The translations under genes and the position numbers were made by a program. From positions 326,434 to 390,433 of the forward strand of contig NMRA01000150.1 in the NCBI GenBank assembly GCA_002633005.1: DNA of 64,000 bases. The letters are read 5' to 3'. Shown piece by piece: positions 27,079 through 39,219 of this stretch (positions are counted from its first letter, which is position 1; every line of letters begins with the position of its first letter). Source of the DNA: Phoronis australis (taxonomy: Eukaryota > Animalia > Phoronida). The notes beneath the pieces were generated by a model. The model did no database searches and had not been told where the DNA came from. It saw nothing but the letters and a program-made list of their open reading frames with translations.

Positions 27079-27957
27079 ATGTCTCGCCCACTTGATGATT
27101 TGAGTGGTTTAGCCAGCCTTAGTGATCTAACCCAGTTTTTGGATCAGTGTGGTGATGACAGTGACGATGATGAAAGTGGTGATTATTTTTGTGTCAATGT
27201 AAGCGAAGGTAATGGTGAGGATGGTGTGTGTGAAGATGATGAGCCTGGACTGTCAGCCATGCAGAGCCTAGAGGAACTGTCGGAGTTCCTGGACCATTGT
27301 CAGGAGGATGAGTTTGAGGATGTGATGGAGGCAGAGTTTTATGGCGATGGAAAGAAGGAGGGGTACAGGGAGGGGGGCAGGGAGCGGTACAGGGAGGGGG
27401 GCAGGGGCAGTTACTGCAATACTCCAAATGTTGTCTGTACAAGCAAGTCTCCAGCTAAACTGAAACATACAGGAATGGATGCGCGGATGGTGGATGATGA
27501 AGTATCCAAGACCTCCTCTCGAAGTGAATCTGGGACTTATGAAGGTGTATCACACAGTGTATATAATGATGTTAATGAAGGCCCTGCCTGTTACACTGAT
27601 GACTCACCTTGTGTTATTGATGTCAAATCATCACAGCAAGTCACGCGTCCAAATATGCAGGATGCATCGTGCATGAATGATTGTGACACCCATTATGAAG
27701 CAAACTGCACAGTACATTATTGGAACTCAGTAAATACAGAAATTCCAAATGATGAAAATTTTACAACAGCAGATTCACGGTGTGAGAGTAGATTTGAAAC
27801 GAACATTGATGGCCCGTCATCTGGCACACAAGGACTGATCTATACAAGAGTGAATAAGGAAATTTCATACAACATTCTTCTCACATTCTTAGGAGCTTTG
27901 AATGAACTGACGGACTTCTTTGATAAGTTAAGTACAAAACAAGTTCCAGTTTTGTGA
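27079..27957 (+). CDS. Intronless 292-aa acidic ORF of unknown function nested in CTTNBP2 intron 2
   Basis: 879-bp open frame in AT-rich intron, not generated by a tandem repeat; protein-like D/E/C-rich composition with a repeated helical motif. Confidence 0.55.
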   Translation: MSRPLDDLSGLASLSDLTQFLDQCGDDSDDDESGDYFCVNVSEGNGEDGVCEDDEPGLSAMQSLEELSEFLDHCQEDEFEDVMEAEFYGDGKKEGYREGGRERYREGGRGSYCNTPNVVCTSKSPAKLKHTGMDARMVDDEVSKTSSRSESGTYEGVSHSVYNDVNEGPACYTDDSPCVIDVKSSQQVTRPNMQDASCMNDCDTHYEANCTVHYWNSVNTEIPNDENFTTADSRCESRFETNIDGPSSGTQGLIYTRVNKEISYNILLTFLGALNELTDFFDKLSTKQVPVL

Positions 27958-28030
27958 GGAAGCTAACTTATCTTCATTTTATTAAGTTTGGAATGCTGAA
28001 ACCTCATTTTGGTGATTTTGACCAACCTTT

Positions 28031-28467
28031 GGTCTGTACCCTGTTAGTACTAGTTGTGTCTGCCTTGAGTGGTCACTGTGTCTGTACCCTGTTAGTACCA
28101 ATATTGTGTCTAACTTGAGTGGTCAGTGTGTCTACCCTATTAGTACTAATTGTGTCTACCTTGAGTGGTCAGTGTGTCTGTACCCTGTTAGTACTAATTG
28201 TGTCTGCCTTGAGTGGTCAGTGTATCTACCCTGTTAGTACTAATTGTGTCTGCCTTGAGTGGTCAGTGTGTCTGTACCCTGTTAGTAGTAATATTGTGTC
28301 TGCCTTGAGTGGTCAGTGTGTCTGTACCCTATTAGTACTAATATTGTGTGGGCCTTGAGTGGTCACTGTGCCTGTAATCTGTGTACTAATATTGTGTCTG
28401 CCTTGAGTGGTCAGTGTGTCTGTACCCTGTTAGTACTAATATTATGTCGCCCTTGAGTGGTCAGTGT
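28031..28467. repeat. ~43-46-bp minisatellite, ~10 copies
   Basis: Core TACCCTGTTAGTACTAATTGTGTCTGCCTTGAGTGGTCAGTGTG. Confidence 0.9.
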
Positions 28468-28970
28468 CATCCACACATAGACTTACCCAAGATAAAACAA
28501 AACAATCCTGGAATGAGTTGTTACTAGGTTTTGGGGGTTGTCTGGTATGCATTTTAACTAGTTCAACTTACCCCCCCCCCCACTGTGTAACTGTTTCTGG
28601 GGTATCTTGCACCACTTCTTATCACTGTGTGAATGCAAACTGGGTTCAAGTAACTGTTAGCTGTGGTTACACACAGGTTTTCTTTTGCGTGCCATATTCA
28701 CACTAGGTGTTCACAATGTCCTAGTTATCGTGTGCGTGCGTGTGTGTGGGGACAAGTTGCAGTAGTTAACCATTCATACTGACCTTAACTCTCCAAAACA
28801 TCCACAGGTCAACGTTAGTACGAAGGCGCCTATGCTTTTGACTAGGTAACATTGATTGATATTGTACCTCACTGACGTGTCCTGTTTTATTAGAGAAAGG
28901 AAGGTATTTGCATTTTTGGAATGGACATAGTTAAGTAAACATCAGAGCTTAAGCCATTTGCTTTCAGTGC

Positions 28971-31900
28971 CCAGTCCTTACATTTGAACAGTTTTGGATT
29001 AAGTGGGCCACGCTACATATTTCTCTTACATTCCATGACATCATGTTCTTTGTATATTTAATGCATTCAAATTGGATTTCTTTGATATTGAAATTATCAG
29101 AAATTCAATTAGTTAAGAAACGGCGTGTTTGAAAGAAATACTACGATTTGAAGTAGCGTCAGTCCAGTGTTAGAAGCTCTGTAGGTCTGTTGCAAATTTG
29201 TTTGTGAATGTTGAGTCCTGCACAAGTGGGTGAATCTCTGGTGTGTCAACAGTGTAAGAAATCCTCTCCATTTTGTAAAACATTTCAGTAGGAGATGCAT
29301 TACGTATTGATTATCTCCCCTTGCTAAATATTTGTTCACACATATTTACCCTGATACTACTATCATCAGTCTTTAACTTCATTGCAATTTTTCTATTTTT
29401 TTATTAAACATAATACTTTTTAAAAACATGAAAATGAAGAGAAAACATTCATACCCATGTACATAGCTACACACACACTTGTGGTGGGGGTCAGTTAAAA
29501 CTCGAAATACACTGCCTCAGAATAAAAGTACCATAGGAACCTATCTGTTAGAAAAACATTTGAATTTTAGATTATTGTAAAATAAATATTTTTCAAATTT
29601 GAAATACTCAAAGACTTTCCTTTTAAAGTATGCCTAATTGGGAGTAGGGTTGCTGTCAACAAATACGAAATTTTCCTGGACATACAAGTAGGTTAATTGT
29701 GTCTTGTCCTTTAAACTTTCCAAAAAATATGCCTAAATTTGAATGTTTTAATGAGTTTCAAGTTTTGTTTATGATCCAATCATCAACTAAAATCCAGAAG
29801 ACTCTGTTATATCAGTTCCAATTCAGATGGGTAATGTCTTTTGTCTCTTTTACAGAATGTACCTAAATCTGTTTCTTTATCTCCAATAAATCTTATGTAG
29901 AGATAAGGTTGTAGGTGTTCACTGGTGTATGAAACAAATCTGAAGCCCTCTCAATCTAGCATCACTAGTATATTGTAAAGAATAAGTATACACCAATAAC
30001 TATACACCAATAAGTATACACCAATAAGTATACACCAATAAGTATACACCAATAACTATACACCAATAAGTATACACCAATAACTATACACCAATAAGTA
30101 TACACCAATAAGTATACACCAATAAGTACACACCATTTTCTACCAATCATGAGTTGCATCAGTAACACCATCAGTTTTCCCTTTATGTTCATGGTTTGCT
30201 TTGTATAAATAGCTTTAATTAACTGAGAATATGCTTGTATTTTCACATGCACGTGCAAGTGCAACTGGAATTTGTAGGAGACTTATTTTAATTGCCTTCT
30301 TGAGACCATAAAACAAAGTAAATGTTGGAAAAAGCCATACATAATTTAAAAAGACTGATAAGTCATAAATGTTCTATCAATATCTAATAAATTACAAACA
30401 TGAGAAATATCTTTTATACTGCTGGCTATAAAATATTATTAGTGTTATCTATTAATATGTTATTATTATTATTCCAGGTTGGAATGTAAGAGAAGTCATC
30501 ATCATACAAACCTACAAATCCATATATTGTGTTACATAATTATGTAAAGACCTCAGACCAAAATACATTTTTATTGTCTTTTGCACTGGTGCTATAAAAT
30601 GCATCTCCAAAAAGTAAAGAGTTCCACGTTCTCAATGGATCATGTTGCTACTACAGTTGTTTTCATAACCATTTAATAATGATCTAAACCAACATATAAT
30701 TTCCGTGATTAACATTGTACATTTCAAATAATGGTTATCAAGTTGAAAATGTGATTTTCTTTGTGTTTGTGGTTTCATGTTTTAAATTTCGATGTATACT
30801 TCTATTCNCGAACTCACGACCTGGCGGATAGAACGCGCGTGCTTTACCACTGCACCACCACGACTTCACTCGCACATTTATTCTAAGAGACCTACTTGTT
30901 TATGGTCCACAGCATTTGCGCACGAAACCTAATTCTTTTTGTAATATTTATTTAGTCAACTTTTTATATTTTGTGCAATCAGTTCATAACAAATTTGTTG
31001 TATTTAAAATAGTCTTCAATTGCCCAAAAGACCAAATCCATTTTTTTGTGTTTGCATTAATGAGGCGATTGCCTTTGGATATCGTCTTAAGTCAAAGTTT
31101 GACAAAGAGAGAATTATGAGTTTCTGAGTTATTCAATCGTTAAAAAAATAGCAACTCATGTATATAGCATGCACGACACAAGAGGAGGCTCAGCGCAGGC
31201 AGCCCTACGGTAACACATTACCTAGGTGTGCACATGCACAGTGCTATTTGGGATTGTACTTGAGGCAAGTGAATTTGTTGTTCGGGCATGTAAAATTTTC
31301 AACTACTTGCCCGAAGGGCAAGTGGCATAAAAAGTTAATGTTGAGCCCTGCCAGTCCTTACATTTGAACAGTTTTGGATTAAGTGGGCCACGCTACATAT
31401 TTCTCTTACATTCCATGACATCATGTTCTTTGTATATTTAATGCATTCAATTTGGATTTCTTTGATATTGAAATTATCAGAAATTCAATTAGTTAAGAAA
31501 CGGCGTGTTTGAAAGAAATACTACGATTTGAAGTAGCGTCAGTCCAGTGTTAGAAGCTCTGTAGATCTGTTGCAAATTTGTTTGTGAATGTTGAGTCCTG
31601 CACAAGTGGGTGAATCTCTGGTGTGTCAACAGTGTACTAAGAAATCCTCTCCATTTTGTAAAACATTTCAGTAGGAGATGCATTACGTATTGATTATCTC
31701 CCCTTGCTAAATATTTGTTCAAGCATATTTACCCTGATACTACTATCATCAGTCTTTAACCTCATTGCAATTTTTCTATTTTTTTATTAAACATAATACT
31801 TTTTAAAAACATGAAAATGAAGAGAAAACATTCATACCCATGTACATAGATACACACACACTTGTGGTGGGGGTCAGTTAAAACTCGAAATACACTGCCT

Positions 31901-33081
31901 CAGAATAAAAGTACTATAGGAACCTATCTGTTAGAAAAATCTTTGAATTTTAGATTATTGTAAAATAAATATTTTTCAAATTTGAAATACTCAAAGACTT
32001 TCCTTTTAAAGTATGCCTAATTGGGAGTAGGGTTGCTGTCGACAAATACGAAATTTTCCTGGACATACAAGTAGGTTAATTGTGTCTTTCTAAAAATATG
32101 CCTAAATTTGAATGTTTTAATGAGTTTCAAGTTTTGTTTATGATCCAATCATCAACTAAAATCCAGAAGACTCTGTTATATCAGTTCCAATTCAGATGGG
32201 TAATGTCTTTTGTCTCTTTTACAAAATGTACCTAAATCTGTATCTTTATCTCCAATAAATCTTATGAGGAGATAAGGTTGTAGGTGTTCACTGGTGTATG
32301 AAACTAATCTGAAACCCTCTCAATCTAGTATCACTAGTATATTATTGTAAAGAATAAGTATACACCAATAACTATACACCAATAAGTATACACCAATAAG
32401 TACACACCATTTTCTACCAATCATGAGTTGCATCAGTAACACCATCAGTTTTCCCTTTATGTTCATGGTTTGCTTTGTATAAATAGCTTTAATTAACTGA
32501 GAATATGCTTGTATTTTCACATGCACGTGCAAGTGCAACTGGAATTTGTAGGAGACTTATTTTAATTGCCTTCTTGAGACCATAAAACAAAGTAAATGTT
32601 GGAAAAAGCCATACATAATTTAAAAAGACTGATAAGTCATAAATGTTCTATCAATATCTAATAAATTACAAACATGAGAAATATCTTTTATACTGCTGGC
32701 TATAAAATATTATTAGTGTTATCTATTAATATGTTATTATTATTATTCCAGGTTGGAATGTAAGAGAAGTCATCATCATACAAACCTACAAATCCATATA
32801 TTGTGTTACATAATTATGTAAAGACCTCAGACCAAAATACATTTTTATTGTCTTTTGCACTGGTGCTATAAAATGCATCTCCAAAAAGTAAAGAGTTCCA
32901 CGTTCTCAATGGATCATGTTGCTACTACAGTTGTTTTCATAACCATTTAATAATGATCTAAACCAACATATAATTTCCGTGATTAACATTGTACATTTCA
33001 AATAATGGTTATCAAGTTGAAAATGTGATTTTCTTTGTGTTTGTGGTTTCATGTTTTAAATTTCGATGTATACTTCTATTC
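28971..33081. repeat. Duplicate 28971-30807 / 31351-33081 across the single N at 30808
   Basis: Near-identical copies; probable uncollapsed haplotypes. Confidence 0.85.
30809..31350. mobile_element. Partial hAT-like element (end reads CAGGGCTCAACATTAAC on minus) with a tRNA-like segment at 30809-30865
   Basis: Terminal GTTAATGTTGAGCCCTG abuts sequence that is uninterrupted in the other copy at 28971; minus-strand A-box TGGTGCAGTGG and B-box-like GTGAGTTCG. Confidence 0.55.
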
Positions 33082-34338
33082 CAATCAAGGTAAATATTTG
33101 GTTATTTCCATATCCAAACCCAAGCCAACAATTAGTCTCTGCATAACTGGTTGGCGATGGTGCAAAATACTCATCCTTTTTAGACCTGACAGTTATTAAC
33201 TGGTTTATCATGTAGCGCATATGTATATGGTTAACAACATTAGCACTTTCGCTGGACATGCTGCTCTAGGTGTAGGGTTAGAAGTACCCCTATGTAGTGT
33301 GAGTGGACTGGTATACATCGTCTGTGTGCCTGTCTGTGCCCATCAACATCTTGAATTGTTCTGATTCAGTCTGAGTGCAGGGTGAATCACTGGAGTGTCT
33401 ATAGTAGACCCTGACTGTGTGAATCACTGAAGTATCCGTAATAGAACTTGACACAGTGGAAAGTCTCTGGGACTAATCAATGCAGTTCTTTACCCAAGTG
33501 CTGACTTGTGTTTGCTTTACCACCAGTCAAGTCAGTGGAAGGCATAGAGGTTCCAAAATCAATATAGCTCCAAACTATTTCTGCATTATTTTGACAACTC
33601 TATTAGCTTACACCGTTTTTAAAAAACTTTGTTGATGGAACTTGCTTTTAAGAATGTCTTTCACCTAACTCCTGTGTTTCATAACTTGTATTCTGTATTG
33701 ATGGGAAATTGTAACCAATTAGGACACTGCATGGTGAGCAAGTGAAATTTTGAGCTTTGTTATAAAATGCAGCAAGGTATTGAAAAATGGAAAGTGAGTA
33801 CTTTGGAAATTGTTTTTGTCCCATTTTCAGGAAACTTCCAGTAATCCTTTACTACTAAAGTGATCAGATAACTGTTGTAAGACATTTTGGGCATTCATAC
33901 CGTCCCATGTTTGAAGGTTTTGAAAGATGAAAAAGATCGCTTATACTAGCAGGTTTTTGTTCTGAATTGACGATTATGTACCTCAACATTTTAACAACAG
34001 TCAGATAACAATGTTGTGTAGGGCACATACTTGATTACTCAATTGTTCTCCATGCAATAGTATTCTTAACTTCCAATCAAGCCAGTTTCATCCCAATGAA
34101 ATATATTGAAACGTACATTCGCCATGACCATCAGGGAGTCTGACCTAAGTTATGGGTCATGACCTCAGTTGGGGGTCATTACTCAGTACATGTCTACACA
34201 GTGAGTAAATATCAATCAACAGTCACTTTTATATATGGGCAGTTAGTTCCTGTCTGGGCACATACAGGTTATTTGGACTAACAGATACAATACATTCTGG
34301 ATAATGTTAGCCTCACTGTCATCTTATCTTGGTTACAG

Positions 34339-34578
34339 GCTGACAAAGCTAAACAGTTCTTGTACCAAGCTAAATATGGCAGATTCGGCCTTGGTGACCC
34401 ATTCCACGCCCTACAGCGGGACTCAGACATGGTGAAGGACAACAGTTTTGATGAGGCTGCTGTAAAAAAGATGTATGACAACCAGTTGTTCCAACTAGAA
34501 CACTTGATTGACACACAGAGGACAGCCCACTTAAGAATGACAGAACAGTTAGCTTCGATAGAGAAACGGTATCACAAG
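34339..34578 (+). CDS. CTTNBP2: CTTNBP2 exon 3 (ADKAKQFLYQAKYGRFGLGDPFHALQRD...EKRYHK)
   Basis: Family motif YG.F...DPF.ALQRD; 240 bp, phase 0 to 0. Confidence 0.95.
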
Positions 34579-34974
34579 GTTAGTAGACTTGGAATCATGA
34601 AATGACTATTATCATAACTCTGTTTCTCATTTGATTCTGAGCTTTTCATTGGTAGAACGTAGCTTCTCATTTGAATAGTAAACTTCTCATTGGTTCAAGG
34701 ATATTCCGTATTTGCAGCATAGTGAGTTGTGCATTTATAGAAATTAGAATTTTTATTTGATTGTTGATATTCTTTAGTTTCTTATTTGCATAGGATGGTG
34801 TTCATGAGTAAATTGTTTCTTGATTAGTAGGCTGATTATTGGTTAAATTATTTTTTCTAATTTGCTTCTATTTAACTGTTGGTATTGTGAAATGCTCATT
34901 GGTTCTGTTCCTCATTTGCATATAGCCATGTGTTTATTGGTTGAGCATCACTAATGCAGTCACATGTTGTCCAG

Positions 34975-35082
34975 GTCTGTAGTGAACTTGAGGATGAGAA
35001 GAGGAAACATGCGCAGGACACCGCACAAGGAGATGATGTGACCATGTTGTTGGAGAAGGAACGTGAGCGCCTCCGTAATGAG
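34975..35082 (+). CDS. CTTNBP2: CTTNBP2 exon 4 (VCSELEDEKRKHAQDTAQGDDVTMLLEKERERLRNE)
   Basis: Family motif HAQDTA.GDDVT..LEKERERL; phase 0 to 0. Confidence 0.95.
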
Positions 35083-35361
35083 GTACTTATAAATAGTTAT
35101 GACAGTGTTGGGTATAGAGTTATATCTAGTGACACTATACCAGTACATCAGTATATAGCAGTTTAGCTTGTCACACACACACAGATTTCTTATTGGGCAA
35201 TATAGATGTTCAGCAGAGGCATTGTGCTGGGTAGGGGCACTTTATGCTGGTTGTGGGAGCCTTCATAATGGATATTGTGTTAGTGTGTTGTTAATGACAC
35301 AGTTGTGCCCCCTTTGTGATACTTTACCATGGTCAGTGTAAACACATAACAGCTGTGTAAA

Positions 35362-35650
35362 CCATGTAGATGTAGGAATGTGCAGGTGAATGTGATCCCT
35401 CTATTCAGGGATCATGTGGACTTATATCTGAGCAACATTTCACATAAGTCCAAGCTCCATGTAGATGTAGGGATGTGCAGGTGAATGTGATGCCTCTATT
35501 CAGGGATCATGTGGACTTATATCTGAGCAACATTTCACATAAGTCCAAGCTCCATGTAGATGTAGGAATGTGCAGGTGAATGTGATGCCTCTATTCAGGG
35601 ATCATGTGGACTTATATCTGAGCAACATTTCACATTAAGTCCAAGCTCCG
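35362..35650. repeat. ~96-bp tandem repeat, 3 copies
   Basis: CCATGTAGATGTAGG...CATAAGTCCAAGCT repeated three times. Confidence 0.9.
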
Positions 35651-36408
35651 TGACAACGTCGTGTTTTACATAATAATGAAAGTACATAAGTCAGAATGTT
35701 ATTGAATTAAGTAAACGTGTCCAAAAGTCTGCTTCCAATTCAGAAATCCAAAATTTTTGCATTATCTGCAAAGTTTAGCATCCCAAATTGAAAACAATCC
35801 CTTGAAAGAAGACTTTTTTGCCTCAGGCTTCTTTGGAAATGATTTGAACGGACAATAAAATATTGATGGCAGACATCTTGCCATTTTTGATATTTTGCAA
35901 GTTAGATTATTTTATCTGTAATGTGTTCTCACTCTGATCTCGCTGGTTTTCACTCATAGTTCAGTCATACTTTACAACAGTTGTCTCTCATTTCTCCTTG
36001 TTTACCTTTGACTTGAAGAAGACACCTTTTGGTGGTAGACCCACAAGTATTTTACCACCTTCCACCTTATAGTCAGAACAATGGAATGCCCGTGGAAATC
36101 AGTGATGAAGGAAAAGTCGACTATCAATTTTGTTTGGTTTTGATGAGATTTAGAGTGGCATTTCTTCCAAATTTTCTAAGTGGTACCACGAGACATTGAG
36201 AGGGAGATGTTGAGAGAATATTTCAGAGAGGTGCATCAACTCTCTTATCAGATTTGTAATGTTTTAGTATTTGGTTAAAACTCAACATTTGAGTATGGTG
36301 GTTTTCTTGTATCATAAATCATCGTGTGTTCTACTATGACAGCTTGCGCAATTCAGCTGATTGTGACGTAATCTGGTTCATTAAATCTGTTTCATTAAAT
36401 GTGTTCAG

Positions 36409-36839
36409 GTTGATTTTGAGAAGAGTCAGAACAAGAAGGTTGATAAAGAGGTGAAGAAGTTGACAACTCAACTAGAGGAAGAACGAGCGACGTCAACTAA
36501 ACACAAACAGGTGGCCATCTTGTTGATTAAAGAACGACAGCGGGTCAGTGACTTGTTGGCTGAGGAGCGTCAGAAAGTACAGACACTGGCCGTGGCACTG
36601 AACCAGGTGAAGAACAGGACACGTGAGATGGCGGAGGAACTGTCTGCAGAGACGAGGAGGAAGGCTATGCAGATGGAGGCGACCATGGAGAAGAGGTATA
36701 TGGAGTTTGACATAGAGAGGGAGCAGCTGAAGGCGAGACTGGGGCGAGAGGAGAGGAAGACGGCAGAACTGTTGAGGGAACTAGAGAGAGTTAAGGCAGC
36801 TGGTGGGGGTAGTGGCAACAGTGGCGGGGGGCAGGGCAA
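36409..36839 (+). CDS. CTTNBP2: CTTNBP2 exon 5, coiled coil, truncated by assembly gap
   Basis: gttcag acceptor; VDFEKSQNKK...EFDIEREQLKARLGREE; runs into Ns at 36840. Confidence 0.9.
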
Positions 36840-37499
36840 NNNNNNNNNNNNNNNNNNNNNNNNNNNNNNNNNNNNNNNNNNNNNNNNNNNNNNNNNNNNN
36901 NNNNNNNNNNNNNNNNNNNNNNNNNNNNNNNNNNNNNNNNNNNNNNNNNNNNNNNNNNNNNNNNNNNNNNNNNNNNNNNNNNNNNNNNNNNNNNNNNNNN
37001 NNNNNNNNNNNNNNNNNNNNNNNNNNNNNNNNNNNNNNNNNNNNNNNNNNNNNNNNNNNNNNNNNNNNNNNNNNNNNNNNNNNNNNNNNNNNNNNNNNNN
37101 NNNNNNNNNNNNNNNNNNNNNNNNNNNNNNNNNNNNNNNNNNNNNNNNNNNNNNNNNNNNNNNNNNNNNNNNNNNNNNNNNNNNNNNNNNNNNNNNNNNN
37201 NNNNNNNNNNNNNNNNNNNNNNNNNNNNNNNNNNNNNNNNNNNNNNNNNNNNNNNNNNNNNNNNNNNNNNNNNNNNNNNNNNNNNNNNNNNNNNNNNNNN
37301 NNNNNNNNNNNNNNNNNNNNNNNNNNNNNNNNNNNNNNNNNNNNNNNNNNNNNNNNNNNNNNNNNNNNNNNNNNNNNNNNNNNNNNNNNNNNNNNNNNNN
37401 NNNNNNNNNNNNNNNNNNNNNNNNNNNNNNNNNNNNNNNNNNNNNNNNNNNNNNNNNNNNNNNNNNNNNNNNNNNNNNNNNNNNNNNNNNNNNNNNNNN
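36840..37499. other. Assembly gap (N run) hiding the rest of exon 5, probably the low-complexity/proline-rich region
   Basis: Continuous N run. Confidence 0.95.
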
Positions 37500-37800
37500 A
37501 CACACCAGCCCCTGTCCCTGTGTACTCACTGTACACACCAGCCCCTGTCCCTGTGTACTCACTGTACACTCCAGCCTCTGTCCCTATGTGTCTACTATAC
37601 ACACCACCCCCTGTCACCGTGTGCTTACTGTACATGCCTGCCCCTGTTCCTGTGCACCAACTGTACACACCAGCCTCTGTCCCTGTTTACCAACTGTATG
37701 CACCAGCCCCGTCCCTATGTACCTACTATACACACCAGCCCCTGTCCCTATGGGCCTACTGTATTCACCAGTCACTGTCCCCGTGTACCTACCATACACG
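37500..37800. repeat. 33-bp degenerate minisatellite after the gap
   Basis: Unit CACACCAGCCCCTGTCCCTGTGTACTCACTGTA. Confidence 0.85.
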
Positions 37801-38211
37801 CTAGCCTCACCCTCTGTCCACCCGACAGCACACGCATCCTGTTTCCTAAATGTGAACTGACAGTGGTGCCCTCTATAGTATTATTCTAAACTTCACTTGT
37901 GGTTTACCTTGACTTTGTACCATTCCGCTGCACTTATTATTTCTAATATGAACCTTGGTGACGGTCAGGCTGAGTCTAGGCAAGAGTACTGGAATGATTG
38001 TGCCTCAGTTTTGTCTGGAAACAGAAGAAAGTGACCTGTTGTGTATTCTGACTGAAGATATTTCAAAATATCATTACTAGTGTGAAGAACGGAAAGACAT
38101 TACTAATGAAACCATGTCAAATCTTGTCAGAAAACATCGTACGAGTCCTGGCTTGAGTCGGACTGTTGCCTGGTTGAGCTTGAAGCATGTGTGCGTGTTG
38201 TTGTCTTTCAG

Positions 38212-38308
38212 TTGCCAGGTGGCGCCCCCACTCTAGATAGTACCGACCTCGATTTTATTGGCCCGGAAATGGCCGACCTCCAGCAGTTGCTGGTCTCCAT
38301 GGCAACAG
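38212..38308 (+). CDS. CTTNBP2: CTTNBP2 exon (LPGGAPTLDSTDLDFIGPEMADLQQLLVSMAT)
   Basis: tctttcag acceptor, gtaacc donor; the phase-1 end joins in frame to the exon at 42850. Confidence 0.75.
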
Positions 38309-39219
38309 GTAACCTGTAGAGATAATTGTCAATCACCTTAGAGAACGTTGTGTTCTGTATAATAACCGTGTTGGGCTGTGTAAGCGTGTAGTGTAAACTT
38401 GTACAGCTTGAGTTGAAGACCAAACAGTAGCAGAGCTTGTGCCGTCTTTTCCTTGCATTCAATTTTTATGTATGGACTGGTGATATCTTTAGCCCTAATG
38501 AATGACATTCTCAAAGTTGGTAGTAAGGGCTCAAATGAAGTCGGGCAAATGTGTATGCAAATACTCGTTTAAATTCAGGTTTTCTTAAATTTGTGTTTCT
38601 TTCTGTGGATTTCTGCTATTTCTTGATGGTGTTAAGCACAACAGGTCATTCACCTTTGACCTATTTGCCATAATAGGTCATTCAGTTTTGACCTAGTGTG
38701 GCATTTTATTATAGCACCAGTAGTAAGAATAACAAAACACATAATTTAATCAGTTTCAATTGCAGGGCATTGAGTAGTAAAACCAATTTAATTGTCTTAA
38801 ATCAGCTTTAATAAATGAATGAACGCATTACACAGGTTTAGTAATATCCATAGTAACCGCACTACCTGTAACCCCTGGCAACTTCTTTAGTTTGTCGGGT
38901 TCTTGGTAGATTTCTTGCTTCACAAAATGTGCATACTTTATAAAAATAGATTGCAATAACCTATGGCGTCTGAACTATCCTTGTTGAGTTGTGCATAGAC
39001 TGACCAGAGTTGTGCATAGACTGACCAGAGATGTGTAATGTTAAGCTGGTGACGCTGACCACTCCACTCTTCTAACTCAAAAGTGCCTAGTGACCGCTTA
39101 CTCATATCCTTTAATAAAAGCAATAATTTAACTCTTGTCACCTTTACAGAGTTTAACAAATATAACACAAATAGTTCATTGATATGAATGTTAATTCTCT
39201 TTTTCAAAACACAAAACGC

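Noticed and set aside
36570-37860. Long ORFs of 295-469 aa
   Set aside because: Inflated by the N gap; only 36409-36839 on the plus strand is supported as coding.
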